From Lepidodermella squamata (Eukaryota > Animalia > Gastrotricha), in assembly GCA_047495785.1 (NCBI GenBank), contig JBLDXI010000004.1, forward strand, positions 2,604,001 through 2,668,000: a stretch of DNA of 64,000 bases. Direction: 5' to 3'. Shown one piece after another: positions 22,701 through 36,619 of this stretch. A model generated the notes under the pieces. It ran no database searches. It had not been told where the DNA came from and saw only the letters and a list, made by a program, of their open reading frames with translations. The position numbers were made by a program, and so were the translations under genes. The number at the start of each line of letters is the position of its first letter. Within the stretch, counting starts at the first letter, position 1.

Positions 22701-25321
22701 GGTGCTAGACACCGTGGTCGTCGTTGATGGTTGGCTAGTAGTGCCTAGTCATGCACAACAATTTTACGAAACATTTATTATAACAAACACATAATTAGGC
22801 AGTGAACAATCAAAAGCTTTCAAATGCAAGCCGGGGCTTCAAATCTGCAGTTCGGTAGTGCGTTTGATCTTTTGCGGGTTCTAAACTTTAAGCTGATCGG
22901 ACAATTTAGCAATGCATTCTCATTAAGAGCCGGCAAAAGATCCTGATTTTCTGGTAATTCTCGACACTTTCCCGGTTTCGTCGGAACATAGCACTAATGT
23001 AGTTATTCCACAGATCGAAATGAGGATTCGAGCTAAAACGGGATATCGAAAGTTACCGGGAACATGGGATTTTTGCCGATTCCAAGGCTTAAAGAGTTTT
23101 CGCCTTTCGAATCTCGAAATGCCACCAGTCTAAGGTTACGCAGCGGCAGCATCTTAGTGCGAACAACAGCTAATATTTATGAATCATCGCATCATTTTTT
23201 GCATGGCGATGATTCATAATTTGTGCAAGAAGATCACACCAAGATAGCCAATCTCATTTACGATGTATCTCAACAGAATTGGCTAAAGCTAGTGCAACTC
23301 GAACTAACAACGCTACAACTGCAATATATGGAAACCCGCGCGGCAAAACCTTCAGGGCTCACTTTTAGTTGTCGAAGGTGAAGTAGTAGTTGTAGTGGTA
23401 GCCGTAGGTGAAACACTTGACGTTTCAGTGACTGGGCTAGTAGTGGTCGAAGGGGTCGTAGACGATGTGATGGTGCTAGACACCGTGGTCGTCGTTGATG
23501 CTTGGCTAGTAGTGCCTAGTCATGCACAACAATATTTTGTATAACAACAGTGAATAAGCATACAATTATTCAACACAGTGAACATTCAAAGCTTTCGAAA
23601 GTTAACTGGAGCTTCAACTTTGCGGTGCGCTAGTGCAACAATTGCTCTCAAAAGTTACAGATTTTTCACTTTAGTTACAGATAGTTACAAAGTTACAGAT
23701 AGTTCGGCTTGTCCAAAAATTAGGGCGCCTTGTAAGCGAAATAACACAGGGCGTTTTCTTTATAATACCTACTCTTCTAAAAATGGCTTTGCTACTCTTT
23801 GCATCCATTTTGTAGCTATTTTTGGCTCACCCAGAGTATTATTACGCGAACGCCCAGTAGGTTATTCTTGCGAATCTTGGAAGTTGAACTCAAAATGCCT
23901 CTAATAGGTGCTACCCAGCAAAACGTGGCAAACGCCTGCAAACCAACTGGAACTGAACACGCTACTGCTGCTATGACAAATTCAAACGCCCAGAATCGCG
24001 CAGCAAAACTTATCGGGCTCACTTTTAGTTGTCGAAGGGGAAGTTGTGGTAGTTGTGGTAGATGAGACACTGGATGAAGTCGATGCGGTGACGGGTTTAG
24101 TGGTCGTTGTTGCGGGGTTCGAAGACGATGAGATTGTAGTCGTTGGTGAGTTGGTACTTTGGGTTGTAGTGCCTAATCAATGAGCGTGAACATGCGTAAG
24201 ACATACAGACTCAGCAATTTAGTGAAATAACCGAAAAAAGCAAGACCGGAAAAATCGTGCGCAGCTAAATAAGAGTTACTTCTTTTGAGAAGAGTGACGA
24301 GAAAATGTGAAAGTCATTCACTTTTAAATTAACTTTAAAAGGTTAAGTTGAGTGGGCTAGGTATTCTTTCTGAAGTCGAAATGTTTCCATTGTGTTCTAT
24401 GGCCTGTTTTATGAGCTTCTATCCCACATTTTACAGTGACTGATAGTAATAATGAGCTTTCGAAGTCTAACTAGTACTTGAGAAAAGAAGGCACTTCACT
24501 TTCAGTTTTCTCAATGGTAACGGGTAACCGAAAATTAGCAACTGTTGGTGCGAAAGATCAAGGGTGCGTTAAATCAACCGATAAGGTATCAGTTTGCTAA
24601 TTTTCGAACCCAACATTTTTGAAGTTCAATTTTACAAAACTGACTTGTACTCGGGGCCGTTGTAGTAGTTGTAGTGCTCGAGGCAGATGTTGAACTTGTT
24701 GGCTCAGGTGTAGTCGACCTCTGAGCATCTCCGGCAGTGTAAACCTCAATATAGGTCTGCAGGGTCGGGCTCATACTCGACGAATAGCCGGCGTTACGAG
24801 CGATCCTAACAACTCCTTCAACCGGAGTCTGATAATACACCCAAAACTTTCAGTCCAGTCCTCATAATGAAATTCCTTACTGTTAAGGTGGAGAGTTTCC
24901 ACAGCATCCCATCCGACATTTGGAAGGTCGCAGTTTTGACCGAAGTAACCTGTCCTAGCTCTTCGTTAACCGTAACCCGAATCGGCCAATATTCGTCCGA
25001 ATCTAACGGAACGGCTATATTCGGGTTTGTTCGGGTCATAATCTGAATCAGCACGCGCTCGGTTGTCGTAAAGTCGATTGGTAGCGTGAAACCCGGGCCG
25101 ACAGTCGATTGCCATTTGCGATAGATCAACTTCAAATTTGGCCATTCCGCTACACTTTCGTTGAGCAGCGACAGAGATTCCGTCGGGTTGTTGATGAATG
25201 TAAAATTGGTCGAGCGCCAAAGGGCTATATCATGCAAAATACCGGCCCCCATATCAATCGGAACCGCAGCTGGTTCAGCGGTAAGGAAAACCGTGGTTAA
25301 AATAAGCAAAATCGGTAACAT
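19723..25321 (-). CDS. Membrane protein A: signal peptide + unrecognised N-domain + Thr-rich mucin stalk (many short exons) + Trp/Pro-rich linker + 3 C-terminal TM helices
   Basis: ATG 25321, then a 52-nt intron 24880-24829 that joins the ORFs at 25327 and 24840. Thr-rich exons lie between about 24170 and 21020. In-phase junction 21021/20677 leads into the terminal TM-encoding exon. Paralog immediately upstream. Confidence 0.75.
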
Positions 25322-25702
25322 TTTCACTGTAAATAAACCTAATTCTCAGTGTATTTTTTCAATATTTATCGAAAAACTGGCCACGGCGCTATGAGGCGGA
25401 AATGCCTGCGCGTCCTTGACAACCGGCAAGACGAATGACCGTTCAGCAGCCGCGCAGTTGCTCTAATGACTAACTGTAACTGCTGAGAGAGCCGTCGCCA
25501 TTGCATCGTATGCGCGCACTTGGCAACACGCGCGCGCGTGCCTAGCAACGCGTTGCCATGGATGCACACTAAGCCTCATAAAAATCACGCAATTTGGCAC
25601 CGTCATAAATCGACTCAGTGCGGTGCCGGCGAAAAAAACTAGCTGGTCGTCAAAAAGCTTTTTCCGGGTCACATTTTATTGGGTGCAATTAACAAATCGA
25701 AG

Positions 25703-28700
25703 TTAATTAGTAAAATCCTTCGGTTTCTCTGATTCCTTTCGATTTTTGACGAGGATCCAGATTAAAGTCGTTCCGTAACTGCAAACTCCGATCGCTAGAG
25801 TCAAGGCGCTTATTATCCCAGCCGACTGTTTCGAGCTCTTCCAAATTGGTCGACCCATAGTTGCCAAAATAGTAACTGTCATTGAGAAGGTCACTGCGAA
25901 TATAGCTCCACAAGCCACTAGGGTGACTACAACTTGAAAAACCGCCAGTTTCGGCTTAGTTTCATGGACATTTCCACTTTCAATTTCGGCTGAATTTTCG
26001 AATCGGCAGAGGTTCGAACATATCAGGCTGATTTCAGCCGCTGCCTGGCGAAGCGTAACGCCTAGCGCGTGTTTGATTGCTATTAAGGTGGTTGTAACGG
26101 AAATCAATCCAAGCGCGAAAATTGAGAAAGCTGCGATTCGTAGTTTTGAAATGAAATTTTTCCGATTGATTTTCGAATTGCGATTTCCGATAACCAATAT
26201 CAGAGATGAATTTGTGCCATTCCTGAATATCAAAATTAATTAAGAAAAAAGTATGATTTTTTTTTTAAATTACTCTTCATCGGGGTAGTAATCGCTTGAG
26301 GTAAAAGGTTCGTCGAATTCCGACTCGATGACTGAGAAAATTCGACGTTGATTCCGAGAAACTGATCTCGCGTTGGGCTGTTGTTGTAGTATCGATTGGA
26401 TCACGAATTGGGGGTCGAGTTCCGGTTGGATTTTCAACCCAACGCCCTTGCGTGGGACCAAATTGGCTGTATCGATAGGTTGGTCGTAGTAAGCCATCAT
26501 GGGTCTGTTTTGGTCTGGCTTTCGCGTCCATTGAGGTCGATGCGTCAAAAATCGCTTATTGTCAACTTTAATCCCCTCACCTCTTCAGAAAATAAAACAA
26601 AAAACTGAAATTAGTAATTTATTACGTAATTTAACTTGAATTTCAGGATTAAAAATTTCAGAATTTTGAATAAAAATTTTGAATTTTTGAATTTTTTTAA
26701 ATTTTAAATTTAAATATTTACAAATTTTTTTTATTAACATTTTAAAATTAAAATTAAAAATTAAAAATCGAAATATTCGAAAATGAAAATATGTTTTCTT
26801 ACACTTTTGGCTGTAGATCTGACGGAATTCGAATAGCTGGAATGAAAGGGTTCAACAGAGCGTTGAGTTCGCCTTTTTTGCCTCTTTGACCTTCCATGAA
26901 GACGATGGGAATAGTAGCTAGGACATATCGGGGCGAGGGTGTTTCATTTCCCCCGGTCGCCCAGGTCGGGGTATGCCACGTCCAAGGCCACCATCGTTGC
27001 GTTGAAGTTACATACGGGCGATTACTTCGAGTTGGCTGAGGTTTGTTGTTAGATCCAACGCCAGGAATCCTTTCTCTGTTAAAAAAGTTCGATTTTTTTT
27101 AAAAGTTGGATAATCATAGACAAAATGTTGAACCTATTTAGACTTTCTTGACTTGATTGAAAAAGAGACAATTTGTGATACAATTTCAAGATAATTTATT
27201 TGGATTTGTTTTAACTAAACTGAAAAAAATTCCAAGCGGAACCCCAATGGAACCTTACATGTATGGTTCCAGCACCATATAACCAAATGTTGGTTACTCA
27301 AACTTCACGTCTTCAACTGTTGAAGCTTTTGAGCCGATTCCAAGAATCGGTACTACAACGTGTCCCATTATAAGTAATGCAAGCAATGAAAATACACGGA
27401 AAAGGGTTCAGGACCTCTAAATGAGAGATTAAGTCACATCTCATGGCCAGAAAAATTTTAGAAAAACTTGAAAAATCAAGAGAATAGTAATTAAGTAAGT
27501 CACTTGTTTATGGGATTAAAAAATTCCGGAGAAATTTGGCTTAACCGGGTAAAATACCGAAAATTACCGAACCAGCTAACATCGGGGTTTTCCGGGTTTT
27601 TTTTCGGAAATTTATATATTTCTTCGGTTAACTCGCAGATAAAAGATGGAATAATCTCTCGGTATTAGGTTTAATTTAATAGAATTAGTTCAATTTCCTA
27701 TTACTAAAAGTTGGGACACGCTGTCGAAATCAGGGATTTTTCAGAAATCTGCAAGTATTTAAAGGCAGAATCGGAATTTTTTTCAAACTGGCTGATGGCT
27801 TGAGGTAGCTGAAATAAATGTAAAAAAAAATTAAAAATTATATAAAAATACAAAAAAATCCGAAATTGAAATATGTTTGCTAATAATATTGGGGTCCGCC
27901 TGCTAACCAAACCAATTTATTAATTTCCAATATTGCAATTCAAAATCACTCGATCTTTGGACATTTGAATTCCCATAATAGGCTAATTCCTGATTTTTAC
28001 AAAAGCTTTTTATTCCAAACCATCAGTCCCCTGAGCCCATGAAAATGCAAAAATCGAATTTAAAATTTAAAATGAGTAAATTTCAAAATTCACATTATTA
28101 AAATGTTTGAAGCCTTACAATTTTGATAAAACTGATTTTCAAAGAATTTGAAATTTTTTAAATGATAGAAAACCCTAATAAGAGAAATTTCCAACATGAA
28201 TTAAATGTTCTCGAAAATTTTAAAAATGATTTTGCTCACTCATCAAGGCTGTTCAACATCGCCGTCCCAGTCAGAAGTTTTTCCAACAAATTCGCCGTAG
28301 TCAGATTAGCAGCCGTCGATCGCATCGCTGTCACAGTCGTGCGAGGCGTAGTTAATCGCCTCACCGCCGTTGTTTGAACCGCCACGCCAGCAGTCGTCTG
28401 ATTATTCTTCAAATACTCCAACCACCTCGCAAACAAATCCCCTAACAAATCCTTCGGAATAGCCTCAGGTGTAACAGTCGTCGACCTAACCAACTGACCA
28501 GTAGTCATAATAGTAGTAGTAGTTGAAGTAGTAGTCGTACTAGGCGTTGTACTAGGTGTAGTCACCCTGGTAGTTGCAGGCGTGGTCGAAGTAGTAGTCG
28601 CAATAGTTTTCGTTGTAGTTCTAGGCCGAAAAACCAGCGGCGAAATTTTCGAGGTCAAAGTCGATGTTGGCTCTTCCGTTGTAGTTCGAATTATTCGAAT

Positions 28701-31168
28701 AATTGCCGGCGGTTCCAGGTTCGGTTCCGAAACCACAGGTGCCACCGCTTCCTCGGCCATAGGTTCAGTTTGGCTGATGAAAAACGGCTCCTCGGTTGTT
28801 GTCTCCAGGCGACGATAGGGTGGCCAGAATTGGCTCCTAGGCTCGGGCCGTAATTCCGGCCAAGACATGGTATAGGCTGGTACCACGGTGATACTACTGA
28901 ATCTATCCTCAGTCGTTGTCGTTGGTTCGGTTGTAGTCGGAGTTGTAGTCGGAATTTCTGTTGTGGCTGTGGTTGTTTTTAAGGAAGAACTGGTTGTCGT
29001 AGTCGGTTTTCGAGTGGTAGTAGTAGTAGTAGTAGTACTTGTAGTACTAGGGCTCGTTGTAGTAGTCGTAGTACTAGTTGCTGTTAAGGTGGTTCTTGGG
29101 GTAGTTGTTGTTGTTCGAGCTGTGGTTGAGGAATTTGAACCAGCGGTGTAGACTTCAATGTAAGTTTGTGAGACGTCGTTCAATGGAGCAGCGCTGTTTC
29201 GCCGGAATAAGATTTCACCGGAAATTGGAGTCTGTGAAGGCAACAAATATCAGAGGCTAAATTTCACGGATTTTGCAAATTTTTCTCCTTTAAAAAATAT
29301 CCTATGCTAAACTAGGTTACTAAAACTGTGGAATTCACGGAGAATTGATTAAAATATTATTCGCATCAATTTTCAAAAAATTAAAAATATTTGAAAATGT
29401 TTTAAAAATTTGAAAATTCATCAGTTAAAAATTAAAAATTAAAATTAAGAAAAATTCCAATAAAATTCAGTGTTCGATACCCATTTGATTTTTCGAAAAT
29501 TAAATATTACACAAAAATGAAGTAGCAGTAAGCACATGAGAATAGCCACATTTCTCTTGAATATTGCCTTTCGAACATCCAAGCCTTTGTTCGAACCGCC
29601 TTCGCTCTATTTCGCCCCATTTCACGTATTCTGATTAATGAGAGGTTAGCAGAGCCGGTATCGATTTCAAGTATCGATTACAAATAAATGATTTTTCACG
29701 AGATTGAGTTAAGTCTGGTGAGCGAAGTTTCGAGGTCAAAGTCGAAGCTGTGTCTTCTGCAGAAAAAATTAGGGAAATAATTGATTTTTTTCTTGGGGTC
29801 CTCCTGTCAGCGGAACCAAATTTACGGTGAGCGGAACCAAATTTGCTGTATCGGAACCAAATTGTAGACTTTTCTAGTGGCCTGAAATCGCTTTTCGAAA
29901 TTTTATTGCAGGTCAAGATTGGCCACAATAATTCTAGAAAAATCACCAGTGAATTCAGCGTCACCTTCTCAATAAGACAGAATGTTCAATTCAGAATTTA
30001 TGCTTAGCCTAAAATTCTTAGAAATATTCAAAAAATGACTCTTGGCATATTAAGAATTTGGTTCCGCTAAAAGATATTCCGTTTTTCTTAGGCAGCCGTT
30101 TATCTTAATGCAATGACCCGCAGGGGATGTCAGTATTTAGGCCAGATTGTAGAGACTATAGGAAATTTAGCGTTTTTTTTCAGGAATGGCTCCGGGAATA
30201 ATTGAAGTTTTATCGATGCTGTCATGAAACCAACAACCGATTTGGGTAAATTTCTATAGAATAAAACGAAGCGATGTGCATAAAGTCGTCAACATTATCG
30301 ATAGGTTTCGTTAAGTTTGAATTCTATTTCTCATTCTTTTAATATATATTTTTTCATCGTGGCTTTCGAGAAAAATATGTCGATTCCATCACAAATAAAT
30401 TATCGGGCGAACAAATAAAAATGTTGCATATTTTACCAGATAATTTTAGGAATTTTTTAGGAATTTTTCGAAGATCTTCTGATTTTGCAAAAGGGAAATT
30501 TATTTCAATTTTTCAAATTATTTCCGTTGCTATCGGACTTAGGCACTGGGTTAGGTAATGTTCGGCTTTTCCCCAAATTTTGATATGAAGTATGAAGTAA
30601 ATCGAATTATTTTCTGAATTTTTATATGAATCGAAAATATACTGCAAAATTCGAAAAACAAAACGAAAAAATAAAAATAATATAATAATACCTAATAATT
30701 GAATTGAATTCAATTTAATCTTACCGAAATGGCGTAAATTTTCCACAGCATATCGTCACTGATGCGGAAACTCGCCGTTTTGACCTGCGCAACTTGTTCC
30801 AGCTCGCTGGACACGCCGACTACAACTGGCCAGTAATCACGGCCCTGCATCTGCATAACCGCCGGGTCGACGCGGCTCAGCACCGCGATGAGGGCCTTTT
30901 TCGTCACGCTCGCATCAACAGGCAGGCCAACAGACAGCCGTTGGCTGGTCGAACTCTGCCACCGGTTGTAGATCGATTTAAGATTAACCCATTCGGATAG
31001 CGATTCATTGAGTAGGGCCAACATTTTGTAAGGGTTGTTGGTTAGCGAGAAATTTGTTGTTTGCCAAAGGCTAACATCGACCATTACCCCGCCGCCTGAG
31101 TCGAAGGATCCATTCGCAACGGCGAGGAAGGATAGAAAAATCGGAAAAATTGTTATCGGAATACCCAT
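25703..31168 (-). CDS. Membrane protein B, tandem paralog of A
   Basis: Exons about 31168-30725, 29232-28240, 27075-26804, 26583-26274 and 26222-25703. Shares with A: GxxxDxxLWxxTNF, QVxxVKTAxFxxSDxMLWK, QTYIEVYTAG, DLxxRWLExL, WWPWTWxxPTWATG, GEG and three TM helices. Confidence 0.75.
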
Positions 31169-32190
31169 GCTTCTAAATAATGCTAAATAATCGAATAATA
31201 TTTTGAAAAAATCTGAAAATTATATAAAAATAATGGGAAAATCTACTGTTTATTAGGAAAATTCAAATTGAAAAATTCCATTTAAAAAATGTATAAAATT
31301 TCGTAACATTTTTTTAGAATTTTTTTAAGTTTTTTAAAATTAATAAAAATTTTTTTACAATTTTTCCAAATTATCAATAAATTTATTTGAAAAATTACAT
31401 TTATAAGGTAATATGCAGAATTTTGCACACATTTTATTGTTTTTTTCAAATCTACAAAAATACTTTAATGATTTATTTTGATCAAGTGGTCTCTTGATCA
31501 ACACGAAAATATATTTTGATGGCAAAAGTGTTCTGTTAGGTCTGCAAAATGGCTGAGCAGCTATTTTTCGGGCGTGAAATGCGCCTTCTTCCGGCTGTTT
31601 AGTATTTTTACAGGTGCCACACAATCGAACTGTTTTTGTTGCATTATGAATTGTGCCGGCGAGTATAGGTAATAATCGCAGCTCTTTTTTCGCCTCACAG
31701 CGCGAGCTCGCAATTGTGTGTGCGCGTGCGCGCGTTATTTCCGCTGTTTTTCAGGTTATCGCCGTTTATTTTGATGATGCCAAGTTTAAATTGTTTCGCC
31801 GCATATTGCGGTTGCGAAACTGAAACAAACTGCGGACGTAAAATTCGACGCTGATATTAGCTCAAAAAACCTCAGCTCGAAATTCCTGAGGGAGATTGCT
31901 TTCTCGACAAAATTGAAACTCGAAGTGAGGGATTATTCATCGCAATCAAGGAGAGAACAAAAAAAACCACATTTTATACAAAATTTACATGTATATAATA
32001 GCAGCTTTATTTAGATCGTGTCTTTTTCTCAAGAAGTTGATTAGGTTAGCATGACAAAGTTGACAATGACTGCAAACATCAAACTGAAGAGGTATAACTT
32101 CTCGTTGAACGGAAATTCTATTAGTTAACTCTTAAATAAACACAAGCCACAATAATGTAGCATCGAATTTGTCAATATTTCTGAGATCCT

Positions 32191-35100
32191 TCAAAGACGC
32201 TCGCAGAGGGCGGCTCTCGATCGAGAGCAGTCATTCAATTGGAGCCCAAATACGCTTACTGTCATACCTGGATTACGAAAAGAAGGATCAACTAGAAATG
32301 TAGGCAACATTATGCGAACTCACATTGCCACTTGTCATCAGTGGCGGCTCCAATGCCGAGTTGCGTGGCGTTGACCGGTCCGCCTGATTCGAGCCAAGAG
32401 TAAGTGACTGGGTTCGTTAGCCGCGCGCCGACGAACAGTGTATCGTCTCCGGCGAGCGTTTTAGCGGCATCGAACATGTCCTGATCCTTGAGTATTGCCA
32501 GCGATTTCGAAAAGCTCTGACAACCGTTCTCCGCATCAGTGCGCCCGCCTTTCACCGCCGTAGTGCGTTGAAAGCTCGCAGGTGTCTGGAAATATCGGAA
32601 TCAAGAGCTTTCAAAGAATGTTGCATTCAGCTTACATCACCGCAAAGGCCGTATCGAAAAGGAAACGGACAACCTATATCCAAGATGCCCCATTTTGAAA
32701 TGCCAACACCTGAGCGAAAATGGTAAAGCAATTACTTTGAAACATTCAAATACGCTCTACGTTCGGAATTCGACGGTGACACAGACTATCGGTCTGGCCT
32801 TTGGAGTAAGACTAAGACCAGACCAAGTCCGGGTAAAATTTCGGTCTTCGGTCTGCTCAAGACCAGAGAGGAAATTTCGGCCTGTCTGGGGTCTTGTGGT
32901 CTTGATTTTCTGTAATTTGATCGTCATCGCCAATTATAAAAAAATGCCAAAATATTTCATTAATTTATATCTCTGCCGCCCAATATGACAATCCGAACAC
33001 AAAAGTCAACACTGCTTACGAGTTTCTCCAGTGATTATTTCTTTAATATCAATTTTCAGGAGTGATTCCTCCGAAGCTTGGATCTTGAATCATTTATAAT
33101 TCAAATAAGATTTCAAATAATTTCAAATCGAATTTAATTCAATTCAATAATAATTCCAAATAATTTCAAATAAGCTTGCAAATAGCAGGATTAGAGAGGG
33201 CGCCTACAGAATCAAGATGCATGTTAGTAGTGAGGCGAGAGCGTTGTTTACCCAAGCCTGTGTTCACGTGGTGCCATAGAGCTAGTTATTTAGCATATTC
33301 AGTATCACATTGGCAGCTTGCGACCTAATTACATGAGAATAAGAAAAATGCTAGCCAAGGGCCAGCTTAGCACCACACATAGAACACCCAAGCCTGTGTT
33401 CACGTGGTGCCATAGAGCTAGTTTCCTAAAACACAGGCTTGGGTGTTCTATGTGTGGTGCTAAGCTGGCCCTTGGCTAGCATTTTTCTTATTCTCATGTA
33501 ATTAGGTCGCAAGCTGCCAATGTGATACTGAATATGCTAAATAACTCGGTTGTTCGGCCTCATCTCAGAATAGAATGACTCTATAAATTACCAATGACAC
33601 TTTTAACTCGCTCTAAGTTTTCCGAGGTAAGTACACCTATCTGCAAAATATCTGCGATTGAATATTAAATTTTCTGAGGTTACTGTCGATACGAACTTCG
33701 GTGCGGTTCTAATAGAACGCGCACTTTTGCTATTTTTCGAAAAACAATTTTTCGCTGTTTATTCTCACTGCTTGGCTACATCGCTGGATATTTCGCTCAA
33801 TCAATTACGTCAACAACTACGTCAAATCGATCGACTTTTCTGCGAGCACGTGGCACTACTATCAATGAATGGCGTCTATACAACAAATCATGCAAGAATA
33901 TCCGAACGCTAGCAAGCTGTATCGGGCCGTTTGTATGAGGCACCAAATCCAATTCCCAAAATGGAGTGGTGAGACGCTGGAAGGAATCTTCAATATCGTC
34001 GAGACACCAGACACCAGATGGACAGTGCTTTTACGTGTATATTCTAATTATAAAGAATTAATTATCTTCCAGATAAAAAGCCTGGAAAAGGCCTGAAGCT
34101 CAATAACGTAAAATTCAAGTTAACTTGAAATAAGCCAAATTAAAAAATAGGAATAATTGGTCGATGCATCGCACCAGGGTAGTTTTCATGCAGAATTTGG
34201 ATTTGGGATAAAAAATTTGTTTGCTCGCAAGCTAATAAATCCATGGATGGACTATACAGAAATGTAATAAAATTCTTATGGTCTTTGGTCTTGGTTTTGG
34301 TTTTTAAGACCTGGCTACAATTTCGGTCTGGGTCTTGGTCTTACTCTAGGGCAAAAAGGTCTGGTCTGGCTAAGACCAGCAAAAAATGACAGACCGATAG
34401 TCTGCGGTGACAATTCAAAGTCCTAATGTAAAGATACATTTGAATCCGATCCTAATCGAAAATCTGTGTACGAATTAAGATCGGTGAACTGAGCTGTTTT
34501 CTAGCACCCAGTTGATGAAACAAAAGGATATGTGATTTGATTTTTTCAGCCATCCTTTGCTTGGAGCCCCGCATCCCGTACTTCGCACCCCTTCGCACTT
34601 CGACATAAAATTCCTTTGAACTTGCATTTCAAGCTACCTAAGCTACCTGGTTATGAATCTCCTGCAATATTAATCGCCAGCAGTTATTTAGGCAGTGAAC
34701 AGGCAGTAAAGATGTTAATATCGAGTTCTTGATAAAAACGGAAAACTCACAGCCACCAGAGCCTGATGGCGTGGAAAGCCCCCAGGATGGCGAATCAAAT
34801 GCAATAGGCGTGCCGTCGTCCCACTGGAAATCAGCCACTATGCCAACGAATGAAACCTTGTAACCGGTCATTGCAATTGCCGCATCTACATCAGCCCGCG
34901 TAGCGAAGGTTGCTAGGCGACCGCCCTCATTGCCACATGCGGCTCTTTGTGTTCGGAAGACGTCATCTGGGATCTTCGAAAAGAAGTACTTGGACGTGTC
35001 AGCCCTGCAGCTAGCGTAGTTGTCGGCAAAAACCGTGGAGTTGGAGTATAGCTTCACCTTGAATTTTCAACAACAGATGATGACGCTGTTAAATTTCTTT

Positions 35101-35828
35101 TTTTTCGAGTCAATTACCTGGGTGGAACCACCCGGACAGATGTTGTAACACTTCTTGCCATTTGGCGTGTCGCACTGAACAGCATACTAGTGAAATCACA
35201 AGAGTATTGTTTCATTGATCGGCACAAGGAAACGCCATTTCTGCATTTTTTATAGATTTTTTGATAACCAGTTTTTTGGAATACAAACGGTATTCCCGGG
35301 CTAGCTCAGGAATTATTTGAGCCAGAAAAAAATTGAACTCACTTCCGAATTTCTGGAGACATGCGTCCAAGGTTGAGAAATCAGTTTGCGCTTTCCCCTG
35401 AAAATATTAATCGGCTATAAAGATAACAAATTAATTGAAGCAAAATACCGTAGCGTTGGGGCATGCAAACCCGCTCGGAATGCAGGTGACAAGACGCTGA
35501 GCCGAATCGACACAAGCGTCGAATTTTCCTGACTAAATATTCAATCATTATGTAAGCTTGGAAAATAGAAAATAGCGAGTATTCATTACCAAAAATGTGT
35601 TCAAATCTGTAGTACACGTCGCCATATTACTTTTAAGTGGATAGACGCCATTGTATGAGCTGCCGATCTATAATAGGAAGTTTAAAGGCTTAGCCGAATG
35701 CGGAATGACAAGTAGTGTAGGAAACTAGGCGAGAACTAACCATGATCTCGTCTGTTTTCGCACAGCCAGGGCTGCCCGGTCGACATGTCGCCGCATTAGT
35801 TGTCAATCGGTAGCACAATCTAGCAGTC
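32191..35828 (-). CDS. Cys-rich module array + two C-type-lectin-like domains, copy 1 (5' exons not found; possibly a pseudogene)
   Basis: Exons include 35828-35742, 35057-34752, about 32708-32636, 32587-32326 and 32267-32191. CTLD pattern ACGNEGGRLAT..FVGI..FQWDDG..C..DIGC..YGLC, then CQSFSKSLAIL..FVGA..YSW..C..NDC..ALCE. Confidence 0.7.
32782..34404 (+). mobile_element. Internally deleted hAT-superfamily DNA transposon inside an intron
   Basis: 15-bp TIRs CAGACTATCGGTCTG / CAGACCGATAGTCTG with 8-bp TSD CGGTGACA (32774-32781, 34405-34412). Subterminal GGTCT repeats. Broken ORFs 33658-34096 carry HCLA and TPDTRW, resembling hAT CxxH and TRW motifs. Confidence 0.88.
33284..33546. repeat. 117-bp-arm palindrome overlapping a 38-bp direct repeat
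   Basis: 33284-33400 is the reverse complement of 33430-33546. Direct repeat at 33250-33287/33386-33423. Confidence 0.9.
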
Positions 35829-36117
35829 TATGTATTAGACAGAAAACCGAACATCAAATCAGTCCTGAGCTATAATAAATAGGTATCAGTAAACCTATTT
35901 GCACCACAAAATGGGTCCCAATTCCTTGTACCAAATTTTAGCAAAATATTTGTTCAGATACTGGAAATTCATTTCGGCTCTACAGGTTGAACTGAAAATG
36001 CCCATCAATAGCTCAAAATACGCCCAATAAGTAGTGAGACTATCCATCAGGTTGATTTAATATTTAAAAATTCAAATAAATAAAATAATAAAAAAATAAA
36101 AAAAAATAATGGGTGTA

Positions 36118-36542
36118 GGGTCCCCCACAGAGTAGCAGGCTTCAAATAAAGCAGAGAGCAACAAATGGTGCAAACTTCAGACCAAATGGCTTCAAAGCAC
36201 TCCCATAAAAAAAGTAAAATAACCCGTAGCAACATTTTCCACTTTTATAATTAATTATGCAAATGCGTTTGAGAAATACAAGAAACCAGATTTTTTCCTC
36301 GAACTTTTTGCTGGCAAATTTTTCTTGTATCCTGTTTTTCTCAAACTCATTTGCATAATTAATTATAAAAGTGGAAAATGTTGCTACGGGAAAGTATTAA
36401 GCAATGATCACCATGTTTCGGAATTAATACTACATATTATTTTACTTTGTAGCCATTTTTTAATTTTGCTTTGAGGTCATGGTGCTTTGAAGCTTTTGCT
36501 TTGAAGCCTGTTACTAAATTTTCCCTACTTTGTAGGGGACCC
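36118..36542. mobile_element. Fold-back MITE with GG..CC termini and 8-bp TSD (Merlin-like)
   Basis: Termini GGGTCCCC/GGGGACCC with TSD TGGGTGTA (36110-36117, 36543-36550). Long internal inverted arms about 36222-36285/36330-36390. Confidence 0.75.
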
Positions 36543-36619
36543 TGGGTGTATAGTGATCGAAGCTATTTTGAACCTAAAATAATTTTTTAATTTAATTTAA
36601 TTTAATGTGATTTAATTTA

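Noticed and set aside
24818-24880. Apparent frameshift in membrane protein A
   Set aside because: Explained by a 52-nt GT-AG intron at the same position as the larger intron in paralog B.
36047-36235. Hydrophobic ORF that looks like a signal-peptide exon for lectin copy 1
   Set aside because: It starts inside the fold-back MITE 36118-36542 and has no counterpart in copy 2.
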